From: an uncultured Candidatus Saccharibacteria bacterium
Lineage (GTDB): Bacteria > Patescibacteriota > Minisyncoccia > 2-02-FULL-40-12 > GWA2-44-9
NCBI GenBank assembly: GCA_964491455.1
Contig: CAZBFM010000001.1
Coordinates: 81,970 to 145,969 of the forward strand
Length of the DNA stretch: 64,000 nucleotides
Direction: 5' to 3'
Positions 47,663 through 58,378 of this stretch are shown here, one piece after another. The translations under genes and the position numbers were made by a program. A model generated the notes under the pieces. That model searched no databases, was not told where the DNA came from, and saw only the letters and a list, made by a program, of their open reading frames with translations. How positions within the stretch are numbered: the first letter of the stretch is position 1; the number at the start of each line of letters is the position of its first letter.

Positions 47663-48608
47663 CGCTGCGAAGGATCGCGCGTACGTTTTCCAAGGATTCG
47701 TCATCATGAATGGATACCGGCAGAGCAGTAATTCCTACTCGGGAAAACTCCTCCACCATGCGCGCGAGTGCCTCTGGAGCAACAACGTCTGATTTTGTGA
47801 GAAGGACGTATTCGTCTTTATCAAGTAGCGCTGGGTTGTATGCTCCTAGTTCACCACGAAGAGTTTGCCAGGCAACGACGGGATGCTCTGATTCACATGA
47901 CACCGTATGAAGCAGAGTCCTTGTTCGCTCGACGTGACGCAAGAATTTAATACCCAAACCCTTTCCCGTGGACGCACCTTCGATGAGCCCAGGAATGTCG
48001 GCGAGGATCAGCTCAAAGAAGACACCTAGTCCAGGTTCGAGCGTGGTGAATGGATAATTAGCAACTTTTTGCTGCGCGCGTGTAAGCTCATTGATGAGAC
48101 TTGATTTGCCAGCATTCGGAAATCCAACAAAACCGACATCGGCGATGAGCTTGAGCTCCAACCGCAATGTCCATCGCTGTCCTTCGGTTCCTGTATCAAA
48201 TGAGCGCGGGCTGGTGTCTGTTGATGAGCGGAAGTGATAATTACCTTTCCCGCCTTTTCCTCCACGAGCGAGGAGAATGCGTTGGCCGATGGAAACCACT
48301 TCTTGGTCTTCATGCGTGTCGAGATTGTGGATCACCGTGCCTACGGGAATATTGAACTCAATATCTGCTCCATCGCTTCCATCACGATACTGAATACCAC
48401 CTTCATGTCCGTTTTCGGCGTAGGCTGTCTTCGTGTTTCTCCAATGAGAAAGCGCGCCAATATCTGCGACGCCGACGCAGTACACGCTGCCACCATTTCC
48501 ACCAGTGGCGCCCGTGGGGCCAAGCTCCTTCATGTTCTTATTGAAGGCCACATTCCCATTGCCACCTGATCCTGCGCGAACTTCAATTGTGACGTCATCT
48601 ATAAGCAT
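47637..48608 (-). CDS. obg: GTPase Obg (short form without C-terminal domain)
   Basis: Gly-rich Obg fold AGSGGNGNVAF...GGNGGSVY; G1 GFPNAGKSSL; G3 DIPGLIEGA. Confidence 0.9.
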   Translation of the reverse strand: MLIDDVTIEVRAGSGGNGNVAFNKNMKELGPTGATGGNGGSVYCVGVADIGALSHWRNTKTAYAENGHEGGIQYRDGSDGADIEFNIPVGTVIHNLDTHEDQEVVSIGQRILLARGGKGGKGNYHFRSSTDTSPRSFDTGTEGQRWTLRLELKLIADVGFVGFPNAGKSSLINELTRAQQKVANYPFTTLEPGLGVFFELILADIPGLIEGASTGKGLGIKFLRHVERTRTLLHTVSCESEHPVVAWQTLRGELGAYNPALLDKDEYVLLTKSDVVAPEALARMVEEFSRVGITALPVSIHDDESLENVRAILRSVIAAKKAL

Positions 48609-48686
48609 TGCGTACTGAGGGTACCACAGAGTGACCCAAGAGCGAAGGGATGGTATACTTGGGGGGTACTTATCTCATTTTTCTTC

Positions 48687-49826
48687 ATGAAGAAAATTTT
48701 TGCCGTAGCTATCGTCAGCATCTCGCTTGTGTTGCCTTTGTCTGTGTCTGCCGCCACGCTCGGAGCCGGACAACAGTATTCATTGTTGCGTCAGCAGGTA
48801 GTAGTTGGCAGCGCATATGTTGCCGCGGGTACTACGACCATTGGTGGGCTTGTTACTGGAGATGTTGTTGCTGCGGGCGGGACGGTTATCGTATCGGGTT
48901 CGGTCGGCGAGGACATCGCGGTCATTGGTGGCACGGTGCAAGTGTTAGGGCCAATAGGTGGTGACGTTCGCGTCGTCGGTGGCACAGTTACTATTGCTGA
49001 CAGCATCGGTGGAGACCTCGTAGCTCTTGGTGGGACTGTGCATATTTTACCGAACGCAGTAATCACGGGTGATGTCATTATCGCGGGAGGACAGCTAATC
49101 ATTGACGGATCCGTGCAGGGATCGATTACGTATCGTGGTGGCACATTGATGCTCAACGGGACCGTTGATGGGAGTGTTTCTGCGAAGGTTCAGGACCATG
49201 TAGAGCTTGGATCTACTGCAGTTATTAAGGGCGGTTTTATGTATGGCTCTTCGCGTGAGGCCATGATAGCTGAGGGCGCGCGCATTCTTGGTGCAACGGC
49301 ATACGAGCCTGCTGGCAAGATTGAAAAGCAATCTGAAGCACCTGCAAAGGTCATGTGGGCAATGCTCGGAGTACTCACCGGGATGCGGCTGATCGCTGTA
49401 ATCGGCCTCACGATCTTTCTGGTGTGGAGGTGGCGTCGTGAAACTCTCGATGTCCTTTCGGGAATTCGCGAAGGCTTCTGGCAAGCAATGGGACGCGGAC
49501 TTGCATTCATGGTGCTTATTCCAGTCGCTGTGGTGCTGCTCATGATTAGTTTTGTTGGTGTGCTACCTGGAGCGCTCTTGCTTATGGCATTTGTGGGAAT
49601 GGTGATTGTCACAAAGGCACTCACCGGAATATTCTTCGGGTCATGGGTGTATATGATGTTTAAGAAGCGCGAGGTGCTTCACATCTCGTGGGGCTCCGCT
49701 ATTGGTGGCGTGATAGCGCTTGAACTACTTTCGAGTATTCCCGTGCTCGGTTGGATTGGAAGCGCAGCGCTTTGGTTGGCGGTGTTTGGCGTGGTGAGTC
49801 ACCAGGTTCAGAAAATTGCTCGATAA
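48687..49826 (+). CDS. secreted repeat protein with beta-helix-like GG(T/D)V repeats and a C-terminal multi-TM anchor
   Basis: Signal peptide; ~12 tandem degenerate repeats (GGTVxVxGxIGGDV...); four C-terminal TM helices. Confidence 0.5.
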   Translation: MKKIFAVAIVSISLVLPLSVSAATLGAGQQYSLLRQQVVVGSAYVAAGTTTIGGLVTGDVVAAGGTVIVSGSVGEDIAVIGGTVQVLGPIGGDVRVVGGTVTIADSIGGDLVALGGTVHILPNAVITGDVIIAGGQLIIDGSVQGSITYRGGTLMLNGTVDGSVSAKVQDHVELGSTAVIKGGFMYGSSREAMIAEGARILGATAYEPAGKIEKQSEAPAKVMWAMLGVLTGMRLIAVIGLTIFLVWRWRRETLDVLSGIREGFWQAMGRGLAFMVLIPVAVVLLMISFVGVLPGALLLMAFVGMVIVTKALTGIFFGSWVYMMFKKREVLHISWGSAIGGVIALELLSSIPVLGWIGSAALWLAVFGVVSHQVQKIAR

Positions 49827-50014
49827 AACATACTTCTATGCCAACAATGAAATCAGTCGTTGTTCGTGTGCGTCCAGCGCGAGCATATCCTACACCGAAG
49901 CGTGCTCCTGCGCGCATGAACACACAAACTGCTCGTGCGAACGCGCATAATGTTCGTAAGCCAAAATCACGATAAGCGTATTGCGTCGACGACGATGAAT
50001 CGCTAGAATACCGC

Positions 50015-50644
50015 ATGATTGTTGTTGACGTTGAAACAACGGGGCTCAATGAGCGGCTCCATAGCATTGTCTCGATTGGTGCAGTTGATTTTGAAAAACC
50101 GCAGCGACAGTTTTACGGTGAATGTCGAATGTTTGAGGGAGCTCAATCTGAGGAGGCGGCTCTTCGAGTGAACGGTTTTACGATTGATCAGATTACGGAT
50201 TCGAGTAAGAAATCACTCGAGCAGCTTATGGGGGAGTTTGTGTCGTGGACTCGTGATTCAAAAAATCGAACCCTCATGGGGTTTAATACCTTTTTTGACC
50301 ATCGCTTTTTGCAATCTAGTGCTGAGCGGTGTCACATGTCGTGGGATTTCGGTCATCGAATTATTGATATTCATTCTATTGCATGGGCGCACATGCTTAT
50401 GCGCGGCATCGAGCCTCCTGTGAAGTACAATCGCTCTTCTATCAATAGCGACTCGCTTTTAGAATATGTCGGCCTTCCCTCGGAGCCAAAGCCGCATAAT
50501 GGCTTAGTGGGTGCAAAGATGGAGGCTGAAACCTTCTCGCGTTTGCTATTCGGTCGATCACTGCTATCCGAGTACGAATTGCATACGTTGCCTGCCCACG
50601 TTCTTTTGTCCACGCCGCTATCAGACCAGCAGGCGCTCTTCTGA
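50015..50644 (+). CDS. DEDDh 3'-5' exonuclease (DnaQ-like)
   Basis: Exo I IVVDVETTGL; later H-x4-D type motif. Confidence 0.7.
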   Translation: MIVVDVETTGLNERLHSIVSIGAVDFEKPQRQFYGECRMFEGAQSEEAALRVNGFTIDQITDSSKKSLEQLMGEFVSWTRDSKNRTLMGFNTFFDHRFLQSSAERCHMSWDFGHRIIDIHSIAWAHMLMRGIEPPVKYNRSSINSDSLLEYVGLPSEPKPHNGLVGAKMEAETFSRLLFGRSLLSEYELHTLPAHVLLSTPLSDQQALF

Positions 50645-50656
50645 TATACTGATGGT

Positions 50657-52306
50657 ATGACATTGGTTGATGATCTCAAGCGACTCACATGTGGCGATGT
50701 CGATGACTCGAGCGCTGCACGAATGCGATACAGTCACGATGCAAGTATTTTCGAGGTCGTGCCGAAGGTTGTTGTCTCTCCCCGTGATGCTCGTGATGTT
50801 GAGCGCCTTGTAGCGTATGCGGCATCACATGATGGCGTCGCTATCACGCCGCGATCAGCTGGTACTGATATGTCTGGTGCCGCGGTCGGAGGCTCTATCG
50901 TAATGGATATGATGAAGCATATGAATCATATCCTGGATATTGAGCGCGATGAGTCGCTTGAGGGAAAAGATGGGTTTGTCGTTGCTCAGCCAGGGGCATA
51001 TTATCGTGACGTAGAGGTGCAGACACTGGAGCGTGGCTTGCAGTATCCGGTCTATCCCGCGTCGCGCGATCTCTGTGCTATTGGAGGGATTGTTTCTAAT
51101 AATTCAGGAGGTGAGAAGTCGCTTACCTACGGACAGGCGGTGCAATGGATTCGAAGTATTCGGGCAGTTTTGGCGGATGGGCACGAATACGAGCTCGGAC
51201 CGCTGAATCGCCTGGAGCTCGAAGAGAAAATGAAACAGGGCGATTATGAGGGCGAGATCTATCGAGCGATTTTCAGCCTGTTGCAGTCGCAACGAGAAGA
51301 AATCGCGCGCATGAGACCGAATGTGTCAAAGAATTCATCGGGGTATCAGCTCTGGCACGTTTGGGATGGTACGACGTTTAATCTAGCTAAGCTACTCTGT
51401 GGTGCGCAGGGTACGCTTGGTATTGTGACTCAGGCCACGCTCTCCTTGATGAAGCCAAAGAAGCACAAGCAAATGATCGTTGTGCTTCTTGATGACATCA
51501 CGTCGATCGCCTCGGTCGTCAACGACATCCTTATTCATACACCGGAAGCAGTGGAGTCGTTTGACGACAAGACACTCTGGTTCACGCTTCGATTCTTGCT
51601 TGACTTTGTTCGGATTATTGGAGCTTCCAACATAATTTCGCTTGGTTTGCAGTTTTTGCCCGAGGCGTGGATGATTCTTCGCGGGGGGATGCCGAAGCTC
51701 ATCGTTATCGCTGAATTTGTCGGCGACGATGAACGTGATGTTCAGGCGCGAGCGACTGCCGCGCTCGCATCGGTGCGGTCTCGTGGCATTCGCGCACGAC
51801 GTACCAAAGACGAGGAAGAGTCCCATAAGTATTGGACGATACGCCGCTCGAGCTTCAATGTCATTCGATCTCATACGAAGGGAAAGAAGACAACTCCCTT
51901 TATCGATGACTTTATTATTCCTCCAAAAGACATGCCGGAGTTCTTGCCGAAGCTCTACGATATACTGAGGCCGTACAAATTAACGCTCACGATCGCTGGA
52001 CATGTGGGAGATGGGAACTTTCACATCATTCCACTCATGAATTTGGCGAATCCTGAAACACGACGCATCATTCCTGAGCTTTCTAAGAAGGTATATGACC
52101 TTGTATTGTCGTATAAGGGCTCAATTACCGCAGAGCACAATGACGGTCTCATACGAGGACCGTACGTGAAGCAACAGTTTGGTGAGCGTGGCTACCAGCT
52201 ATTTCGCGAGATCAAAAGAATCATGGATCCGAAGGGTATTTTCAATCCTGGACGAAAGCTGGACGTTGATTGGGAGTGGGCGATGCAGCATTTGCGTACC
52301 GACTAA
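50657..52306 (+). CDS. FAD-linked oxidase (GlcD/D-lactate dehydrogenase family)
   Basis: N-terminal FAD-binding PCMH-type domain (RSAGTDMSGAAVGG) and C-terminal oxidase domain. Confidence 0.75.
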   Translation: MTLVDDLKRLTCGDVDDSSAARMRYSHDASIFEVVPKVVVSPRDARDVERLVAYAASHDGVAITPRSAGTDMSGAAVGGSIVMDMMKHMNHILDIERDESLEGKDGFVVAQPGAYYRDVEVQTLERGLQYPVYPASRDLCAIGGIVSNNSGGEKSLTYGQAVQWIRSIRAVLADGHEYELGPLNRLELEEKMKQGDYEGEIYRAIFSLLQSQREEIARMRPNVSKNSSGYQLWHVWDGTTFNLAKLLCGAQGTLGIVTQATLSLMKPKKHKQMIVVLLDDITSIASVVNDILIHTPEAVESFDDKTLWFTLRFLLDFVRIIGASNIISLGLQFLPEAWMILRGGMPKLIVIAEFVGDDERDVQARATAALASVRSRGIRARRTKDEEESHKYWTIRRSSFNVIRSHTKGKKTTPFIDDFIIPPKDMPEFLPKLYDILRPYKLTLTIAGHVGDGNFHIIPLMNLANPETRRIIPELSKKVYDLVLSYKGSITAEHNDGLIRGPYVKQQFGERGYQLFREIKRIMDPKGIFNPGRKLDVDWEWAMQHLRTD

Positions 52307-52367
52307 AATTCTGCTATAATCTTTTCACGGACTGCGGGTCCGCTTCGTGCGGTCCCTTTTTGTTCTC

Positions 52368-54221
52368 ATGGCTCAAGAAATACGAAACATCGCAATCATC
52401 GCTCACGTCGACCACGGCAAAACAACGCTCGTGGACTTTTTATTGAAGCAATCTGGAACATTCCGCGAGACCTCACACGAGATGGGTGAGGACCTCATTA
52501 TGGACTCCAACGATCAAGAGCGAGAACGTGGCATCACTATTCTCGCAAAGAACACCGCCGTCCAGTACAGCGGCTACAAGATCAATATCGTCGACACGCC
52601 TGGACATGCTGATTTTGGCGGTGAAGTTGAGCGCACTTTGAACATGGCAGACGGTGCTATCTTACTGGTTGACGCGCAAGAGGGGCCAATGCCGCAGACA
52701 AAATTTGTGCTCAAGAAGGCGCTTGACCTCGGCTTGCGTGTTATCGTTGTGGTCAACAAGATAGACAAGCCTGGCGCGCAGATTCAGCGTACCATCGATG
52801 AGACAACGAATCTCTTCTTGCAGTTGGCAGTCGAAGAGCATCATTTGGATTTTCCTATCATGTACGCAATCGGGCGACAGGGGAAAGCATGGGATCATAT
52901 ACCTACGGCAGAGGAGATGGCAGCCGATGGTGACCTTCGCCCACTATTTGATAAGGTAGTTTCCTTTATTCCCGCACCGAGTGTCGATATCACAGGCTCA
53001 ATGCAGCTACTGGTGGCCGCATTAGATCGTGATGATTTTCAGGGACGATACGCTATCGGCAAGTTAGTCCGTGGCATTGCCACGCCAGGCGAGGCGGTGA
53101 CAATCGTGCATCCCGACGGTAAGCGCGTGAATTCAAAAGTCGACAAAGTGTTTGTCTATGCGGGCCTAAAGCGTGTTGAGGTGCAACGTGCGGAAGCTGG
53201 CGATATTATTGCTGTTACCGGAGCTACTGAGTCTCACATTGGCGATACGATTGCTGACACAGCTAATCCTGAAGCACTGCCAACGATTCGAGTTGAAGCT
53301 CCAACGCTGCGTATCACCATCGGACCGAACACGAGCCCGTTTGTGGGTCGCGAAGGAACATTACTCACTGGACGCCAAATTGGTGAACGTCTTGAGCGCG
53401 AGCTTGAAACAAACATCGGTTTTCGATTAGAACCCACTGGCGATGGGCGGTACTCGCTTGCGGGACGTGGCGAGCTTCATTTGTCCGTCTTTATTGAGAC
53501 GCTGCGCCGCGAAGGGTTTGAGATGGAAATATCAAAGCCTGAGGTTATTTTGCGCGACAACAACGGTCAGAAAGAGGAGCCATTGGAAGAGGTCACTGTT
53601 GATGTGCCTGAGGAGTATGTCGGCGCTGTAACGACTGAATTTGGGAAGCGAAAAGCACAGATGGTTGATTTGATCAATCACGGCAACGGCTATAGTCGTC
53701 TCGTCTGGCACATGCCGACGCGTGCATTTCTCGGTTTGCGCAGCATTTTGATGACCTCAACCAAGGGCACAGTGGTTATCAACTCAATTTATCTCAAGCA
53801 TGAGGGTATGTGGGATCTTCCACCCCGCGAACGTACAGGTGCGTTGACAGCATCCGAATCCGGAACGGCAGTCGCGTTTGGCCTGGATATTGCACAGGGG
53901 AGAGGAACGACATTTGTCGCTCCTGGCACCGACGTCTATGAGGGTATGATTATCGGTCAAAATGCGCGTCGTGAGGATATGGAAATCAATGTTGCCAAGG
54001 GAAAGGCACTGTCCAACATGCGCTCAAAAGGCAGTGACGGCATTACAGTTCTTGCGCCTCCCGTTATCATGTCACTAGAGCAGGCTCTCGACTGGATTGA
54101 AGATGATGAGCTTTTGGAGGTGACTCCAAAAGATATTCGTCTCCGTAAGCGCTTCCTAACCAAAGTGGACCGCGACCGCAATCGTCGTCGTGCTATCGAT
54201 GATGGCTCTCAGCAGAAGTAA
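52368..54221 (+). CDS. typA: translational GTPase TypA/BipA
   Basis: [19 protein letters not shown]; [14 protein letters not shown]; NKIDK; EF-G-like domain order. Confidence 0.9.
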   Translation: MAQEIRNIAIIAHVDHGKTTLVDFLLKQSGTFRETSHEMGEDLIMDSNDQERERGITILAKNTAVQYSGYKINIVDTPGHADFGGEVERTLNMADGAILLVDAQEGPMPQTKFVLKKALDLGLRVIVVVNKIDKPGAQIQRTIDETTNLFLQLAVEEHHLDFPIMYAIGRQGKAWDHIPTAEEMAADGDLRPLFDKVVSFIPAPSVDITGSMQLLVAALDRDDFQGRYAIGKLVRGIATPGEAVTIVHPDGKRVNSKVDKVFVYAGLKRVEVQRAEAGDIIAVTGATESHIGDTIADTANPEALPTIRVEAPTLRITIGPNTSPFVGREGTLLTGRQIGERLERELETNIGFRLEPTGDGRYSLAGRGELHLSVFIETLRREGFEMEISKPEVILRDNNGQKEEPLEEVTVDVPEEYVGAVTTEFGKRKAQMVDLINHGNGYSRLVWHMPTRAFLGLRSILMTSTKGTVVINSIYLKHEGMWDLPPRERTGALTASESGTAVAFGLDIAQGRGTTFVAPGTDVYEGMIIGQNARREDMEINVAKGKALSNMRSKGSDGITVLAPPVIMSLEQALDWIEDDELLEVTPKDIRLRKRFLTKVDRDRNRRRAIDDGSQQK

Positions 54222-54224
54222 AAG

Positions 54225-54247
54225 CACCCCGAAGAGGGGTGTTTTTA
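54225..54247. terminator. bidirectional rho-independent terminator between convergent typA and pyk
   Basis: CACCCC-GAAGA-GGGGTG flanked by A-tract and T-tract. Confidence 0.55.
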
Positions 54248-55036
54248 TAGCTTGTTGACCTTGCGTTCGTATTTTTCTGCTTCGATGCACACGCGCTCCA
54301 TGTAGTGTACAGCCTCTACAGGGTACTTACCAATGGCTGACTCTTCTGAGAGCATGACCGCATCGGCGCCTACCATGATGGCATACGCGATATCAGTGAC
54401 CTCTGCTCGTGTGGGGGTTGGGTTTTCTACCATGCTCTTGAGCATTTCCGTGGCTACAATCACTGGTTTGTGATGTTTCTTGCACGCGCGAACGACCATT
54501 GCTTCGGCAAAGGGGACTTGCTCGAGAGGGATGCTCAACCCCAAATCGCCGCGTCCAAGCATGACGGCATCAGCGACTTCGGCAATTTCATCGATGGCAT
54601 CGAGCGCTTCTTTTCGCTCGACTTTTGCCATGACTTTCGCGGTCCCGTTTCGTTGCGCAATTTCCTTTTTTAATTGAAGCACGTCGCTTGCTGACCCAAC
54701 AAATGACTGACAGATATAGTCAACCTCATTCGTGAGGCCAAATGCAAGATCCGTAAGGTCCTTTTCGGTGATGACTTCGGTTGCTGTTACATCAAGATGA
54801 TGCGTTGCACCCGTTTGTACGCGTGGACCCGAAAGGTCTTGAATGATGGGTATGTGCTTGTCTGCGCTCTTCGCTGCAGCTCGAACATGTGAAATAAATG
54901 TCGCATGCATCTCATGCGTACCATGGCTAAAATTGAGCCGAGCAACATCCATGCCGGCTTCAATGAGCTGTGTAAGGGTTGCAACTGACTGTGATGCTGG
55001 ACCAATGGTGCAAACTATTTGTGTTCGTGATGGCAT
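54245..55036 (-). CDS. pyk: pyruvate kinase, minimal form lacking the B-lid and C-terminal regulatory domains
   Basis: N-terminus TQIVCTIGPASQS...ARLNFSHG and catalytic-barrel motifs (MVARGDLG-like MLGRGDLG, VIVATEMLKSM) but only 263 aa. Confidence 0.75.
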   Translation of the reverse strand: MPSRTQIVCTIGPASQSVATLTQLIEAGMDVARLNFSHGTHEMHATFISHVRAAAKSADKHIPIIQDLSGPRVQTGATHHLDVTATEVITEKDLTDLAFGLTNEVDYICQSFVGSASDVLQLKKEIAQRNGTAKVMAKVERKEALDAIDEIAEVADAVMLGRGDLGLSIPLEQVPFAEAMVVRACKKHHKPVIVATEMLKSMVENPTPTRAEVTDIAYAIMVGADAVMLSEESAIGKYPVEAVHYMERVCIEAEKYERKVNKL

Positions 55037-55044
55037 AGTCGTGA

Positions 55045-56277
55045 TTAAAGTAATTCTAGAAAGCGATTATATTTTGCGATTCTCTCCCCGCGTTGGAGGC
55101 CACCCGCTTTGATTCCATACGCTCCAAATGCAAGTGCGAGGTCGACGATGAAGGTATCATTGGTCTCGCCTGAGCGATGCGAAATGATGCATTCGATGCC
55201 ATGATCGCGGGCATACTGCATAGCGTCGAGCGTTTCCGAAAGCGTTCCGATTTGATTTGGCTTGATGATGACACCGGAGATGGATTGCGCACTTGCAGCG
55301 AGCGCGATGCGGTCTCGATTGGTGACAGTTAGGTCGTCGCCGACAATGAGGCACGTGCCGTCATTGAGACGAGTAAAATCCTCAAACGCTTCCTCGTGGT
55401 AAGGGTCTTCAATGTACTGGATCGGGAAGTCTCTCATGAGGCTGCGTAGAGTCTCGGTTAGGTCGCCGGGTGCATGCTCGGCGTCATCATACACATACGA
55501 CTTGGTAGTGGCATCATAAAATGATGACGCAGCAACATCGAGAGCGAGCTTTATCTTTTGATCAAGACGAAGTTTCTGGGCGACCTCCATAAGGAGTTCA
55601 AGCGGACGGCGAATAGATTCGAGATGCAGTGCGAAGCCACCTTCATCGCCGACGTTGGCATTCTGCGCGCCGTACTGGCGTGACACCATATCTTTGAGTG
55701 CGTGAGACATCTGTGTACCGATCATGAGTGCTTCATGAATATCCGCAGTCTGCGGAATAATTTTGTATTCCTGAAATGCAACATTTGTGGCGGCATGCTT
55801 CCCGCCATTGATAACGTTCATACACAGAAAGGGGGTGATGCGACTTGGTTTGATCTTCGGCGCCAACAAATGAAGGTGCTTCGCGAGGGGCAGTTGCATG
55901 CTAGCTGCAGCTGCCCGTGCGCAGGCAAGTGAAACGCCAATGGTTGCATTGCCGCCGATATTTGATTTATTTGCGGTGCCATCAAGTTCGATCATGCGTC
56001 CATCAACTGCGCGCTGGTCAAGCGCATCCATGCCGGTCAATAAACCGCCAAGATTGACATTCACATGCGTCGCTGCTTTCAGGACACCGCGGCCCAGAAA
56101 GCGGCTCATATCGCCATCGCGGAGCTCGAGCGCCTCATGAGAGCCGGTTGATGCTCCCGACGGAACGGCAAATGAGCCCGATCCTCCCTCGCAGTTGACC
56201 GTGACGTCAAGTGTTGGGTTGCCGCGAGAATCAAGAATTTCTCGTGCGCGAATTGATGTAATGGTAGTACGAGGCAT
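55045..56277 (-). CDS. eno: enolase
   Basis: SIRAREILDSRGNPTLDV N-terminus; enolase signature SHRSGETNDTFIVDLA. Confidence 0.9.
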   Translation of the reverse strand: MPRTTITSIRAREILDSRGNPTLDVTVNCEGGSGSFAVPSGASTGSHEALELRDGDMSRFLGRGVLKAATHVNVNLGGLLTGMDALDQRAVDGRMIELDGTANKSNIGGNATIGVSLACARAAAASMQLPLAKHLHLLAPKIKPSRITPFLCMNVINGGKHAATNVAFQEYKIIPQTADIHEALMIGTQMSHALKDMVSRQYGAQNANVGDEGGFALHLESIRRPLELLMEVAQKLRLDQKIKLALDVAASSFYDATTKSYVYDDAEHAPGDLTETLRSLMRDFPIQYIEDPYHEEAFEDFTRLNDGTCLIVGDDLTVTNRDRIALAASAQSISGVIIKPNQIGTLSETLDAMQYARDHGIECIISHRSGETNDTFIVDLALAFGAYGIKAGGLQRGERIAKYNRFLELL

Positions 56278-56375
56278 AGCAGTATCGTACCACAGGGTGC
56301 CGTGTCTCGTATGAACAGTTTGACTACTACGTGTCAATGGTGTATAGTAAAATCTGCACTTTGAGAGGAGAATCC

Positions 56376-56870
56376 ATGTCTACAGTTCTTCTGGTTATTG
56401 CGATCGTTGTCGTTGCGTTGGCGTTGCTGGCCGCAGTTGTCCGGTACGCGACGAGGACTTTCGAGGTCAAAAAGCTTGACCCAGACACGTCGCGTACACT
56501 GAGTGAGACGTTTCGGACCGACATCGTGCAGCAATTTCAGGAGTTGTTCTACTCCATAGATCCGAAGTATAGTCCTGAGTGCTATGGCCGTGAAACGAAC
56601 TATGGCATAGCGGAGGCGAGAGTGAAAGCCATCTTCCACTCCATTGATGCCACCATCGAGGATGGGTACGATAACGACATTTTCGATTCAGTCCGTGTTC
56701 GACTGCTTCTTGTCACCACGAACGACATTCGTGAAATGACGTACAATTTCATGCGTGGAGCACGACAGAGAATTGTTGCTGATCTCGCACAGCGACTGCG
56801 GGCGAGCGGAGTCCCTTCAGACATCGTTGATGACGCCCTTCGCTATAAGGATGATGCGAGTGTACGGTAG
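56376..56870 (+). CDS. hypothetical membrane-anchored protein
   Basis: GAGGAG RBS; N-terminal TM helix VLLVIAIVVVALALLAAVV. Confidence 0.5.
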   Translation: MSTVLLVIAIVVVALALLAAVVRYATRTFEVKKLDPDTSRTLSETFRTDIVQQFQELFYSIDPKYSPECYGRETNYGIAEARVKAIFHSIDATIEDGYDNDIFDSVRVRLLLVTTNDIREMTYNFMRGARQRIVADLAQRLRASGVPSDIVDDALRYKDDASVR

Positions 56871-56974
56871 AGCAGTGTTTCATAACCCGACATGAAGATG
56901 TTGGGTTTGTTTATTGACAGAAGTCAGTAAAAACAGTATTATCGCTTTGTTCATATACACAGAGGTGGATTGAA

Positions 56975-57541
56975 ATGTCTTTTGAAAAAATGCTTGAAGC
57001 AGTACTGGTGGTCGCCGTTGTTCTGGGCGTGATAATCATCGGTACCGTGTTATGTGATCTAGCCATTCGAACGAGGAATCGCTACCGGCAAAACGACGAT
57101 GAGCCACGGCAGACAGCGGATCAGAAGGCGATGAGCGAGGCGATTTCGGAGGATATCAAGACGTTGGTGTCCCGCATTGCATATAAAACCAATTCGAATA
57201 CGTACGATGAGCTACCGTTGGAGGAGGCATTTCGTCACTCGCGAGCAGTGACGAAAGCGGTGGTCGCCATCTATAATCGGTGCAGCGATGCAGGCGAGGT
57301 GCATAGCGATGAATTTCAGCCGTGGCTCGATGAAGATATCGAAGTCATGTTTTGTGTCCTAGCGGGGTTGTTCCGCTGGGGTGATCGATTGAGAATCAAT
57401 GACATCATCATTGAGCGACTTGAAGAACGTGGTGTGCGCCGCGAGTTTCTCGAAGATGCCTACGACACGAGCGCAGCCACGGGACGAGCACCCGAGCCGA
57501 CAGGGGATCAAGTTGCCCCTCACTACTATCCGACTGCGTAA
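56975..57541 (+). CDS. hypothetical membrane-anchored protein, paralog of 58379-58918
   Basis: N-terminal TM helix; shares the blocks YDELP, AGEVH, PWLD, WG.R, LE.RGV..EFL.D.YD.S..TG.APE with the 58379 protein. Confidence 0.5.
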   Translation: MSFEKMLEAVLVVAVVLGVIIIGTVLCDLAIRTRNRYRQNDDEPRQTADQKAMSEAISEDIKTLVSRIAYKTNSNTYDELPLEEAFRHSRAVTKAVVAIYNRCSDAGEVHSDEFQPWLDEDIEVMFCVLAGLFRWGDRLRINDIIIERLEERGVRREFLEDAYDTSAATGRAPEPTGDQVAPHYYPTA

Positions 57542-57548
57542 AGTGCGA

Positions 57549-57582
57549 GCCCGGAAATCTTACATTCCGGGCTTTGTTATTT
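57549..57582 (+). terminator. rho-independent terminator (GCCCGGAA..TTCCGGGC family)
   Basis: 8-bp stem plus TTTGTTATTT. Confidence 0.5.
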
Positions 57583-57609
57583 GACGCATACATAAAGTCG
57601 TTGTATACT
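57581..57609 (+). promoter_or_regulatory. sigma70-type promoter (TTGACG-17-TATACT)
   Basis: Hexamers upstream of 57648. Confidence 0.4.
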
Positions 57610-57647
57610 AGATTTTCAGTTCAATTACAACAAAGGAGTTACGACAT

Positions 57648-58268
57648 ATGACGTGGACGATGATACTCACTGCAAGCCTGTTCGGCGTTATGTTTTTCTG
57701 GGCTGCGGGAATGTTTTTCATGGGAGCGCTCAGGGAGAATCGTATGCGGAGTGCCCCATCTGAGGTGCCACCCGCCCCATCTGAGGTGCCGGAAGTGTCG
57801 GATGTTCCGGTGGAGAATTCGCCTGAGTCATCGGAGGATGATGAGGCTCGACTCAAGCGCGAGAGCCGAGCTGCCCTCATACTTCGACTGGCTCGATTGT
57901 TCTCGAAGATCGATCCGGAAATGAACTACGAGCCATACCGTCAACTTGATCTCACGCGTGCCGAAGAGCGCGCAACAGCCATCCTCAATGCTGTAAACTC
58001 GTTTCTGATTGCCGGGTATCTCATCGGCACTCTCCGGGCCACCGACCCGATCACCGAAGTAAATCCACATTTGAAGAAGCGCATCACCGGTCTTCTCTAT
58101 GTGGGGCTTTGGCAGCAGGTCAATCACATGATCAGCGATGAGCTAGAGAAGCTGATAGATGATCCGGTGTTTGTCAAAGAAGCATTCGACCTCTACGATG
58201 AGATCAACGACATTCCGAGCAACGCCGGCACGGAAGGCTACTTCGAGATCTACGAGACGCACACCTAA
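57648..58268 (+). CDS. hypothetical membrane-anchored protein with acidic Pro/Ser/Glu-rich linker
   Basis: N-terminal TM; PSEVPPAPSEVPEVSDVP repeat; terminator GCCCGGAAA..TTTCCGGGC at 58279-58309. Confidence 0.5.
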   Translation: MTWTMILTASLFGVMFFWAAGMFFMGALRENRMRSAPSEVPPAPSEVPEVSDVPVENSPESSEDDEARLKRESRAALILRLARLFSKIDPEMNYEPYRQLDLTRAEERATAILNAVNSFLIAGYLIGTLRATDPITEVNPHLKKRITGLLYVGLWQQVNHMISDELEKLIDDPVFVKEAFDLYDEINDIPSNAGTEGYFEIYETHT

Positions 58269-58309
58269 GACCGCTAGTGCCCGGAAACAACGTTTTCCGG
58301 GCATTTTTC

Positions 58310-58338
58310 TTGACACGGGTGTAAATTCGTAGTATATT
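58310..58338 (+). promoter_or_regulatory. sigma70-type promoter (TTGACA-17-TATATT)
   Basis: Hexamers upstream of 58379. Confidence 0.4.
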
Positions 58339-58378
58339 GCGGCATTCGTACTTCAACAACTAAGGAGTAGTGACGGTC

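Noticed and set aside
48650-48964. Cys/Arg/Trp-rich 104-aa ORF overlapping the start of the repeat-protein gene
   Set aside because: An alternate frame of the GC-rich repeat region; composition is atypical and there is no RBS. The 48687 frame, with a signal peptide and repeats, is coherent.
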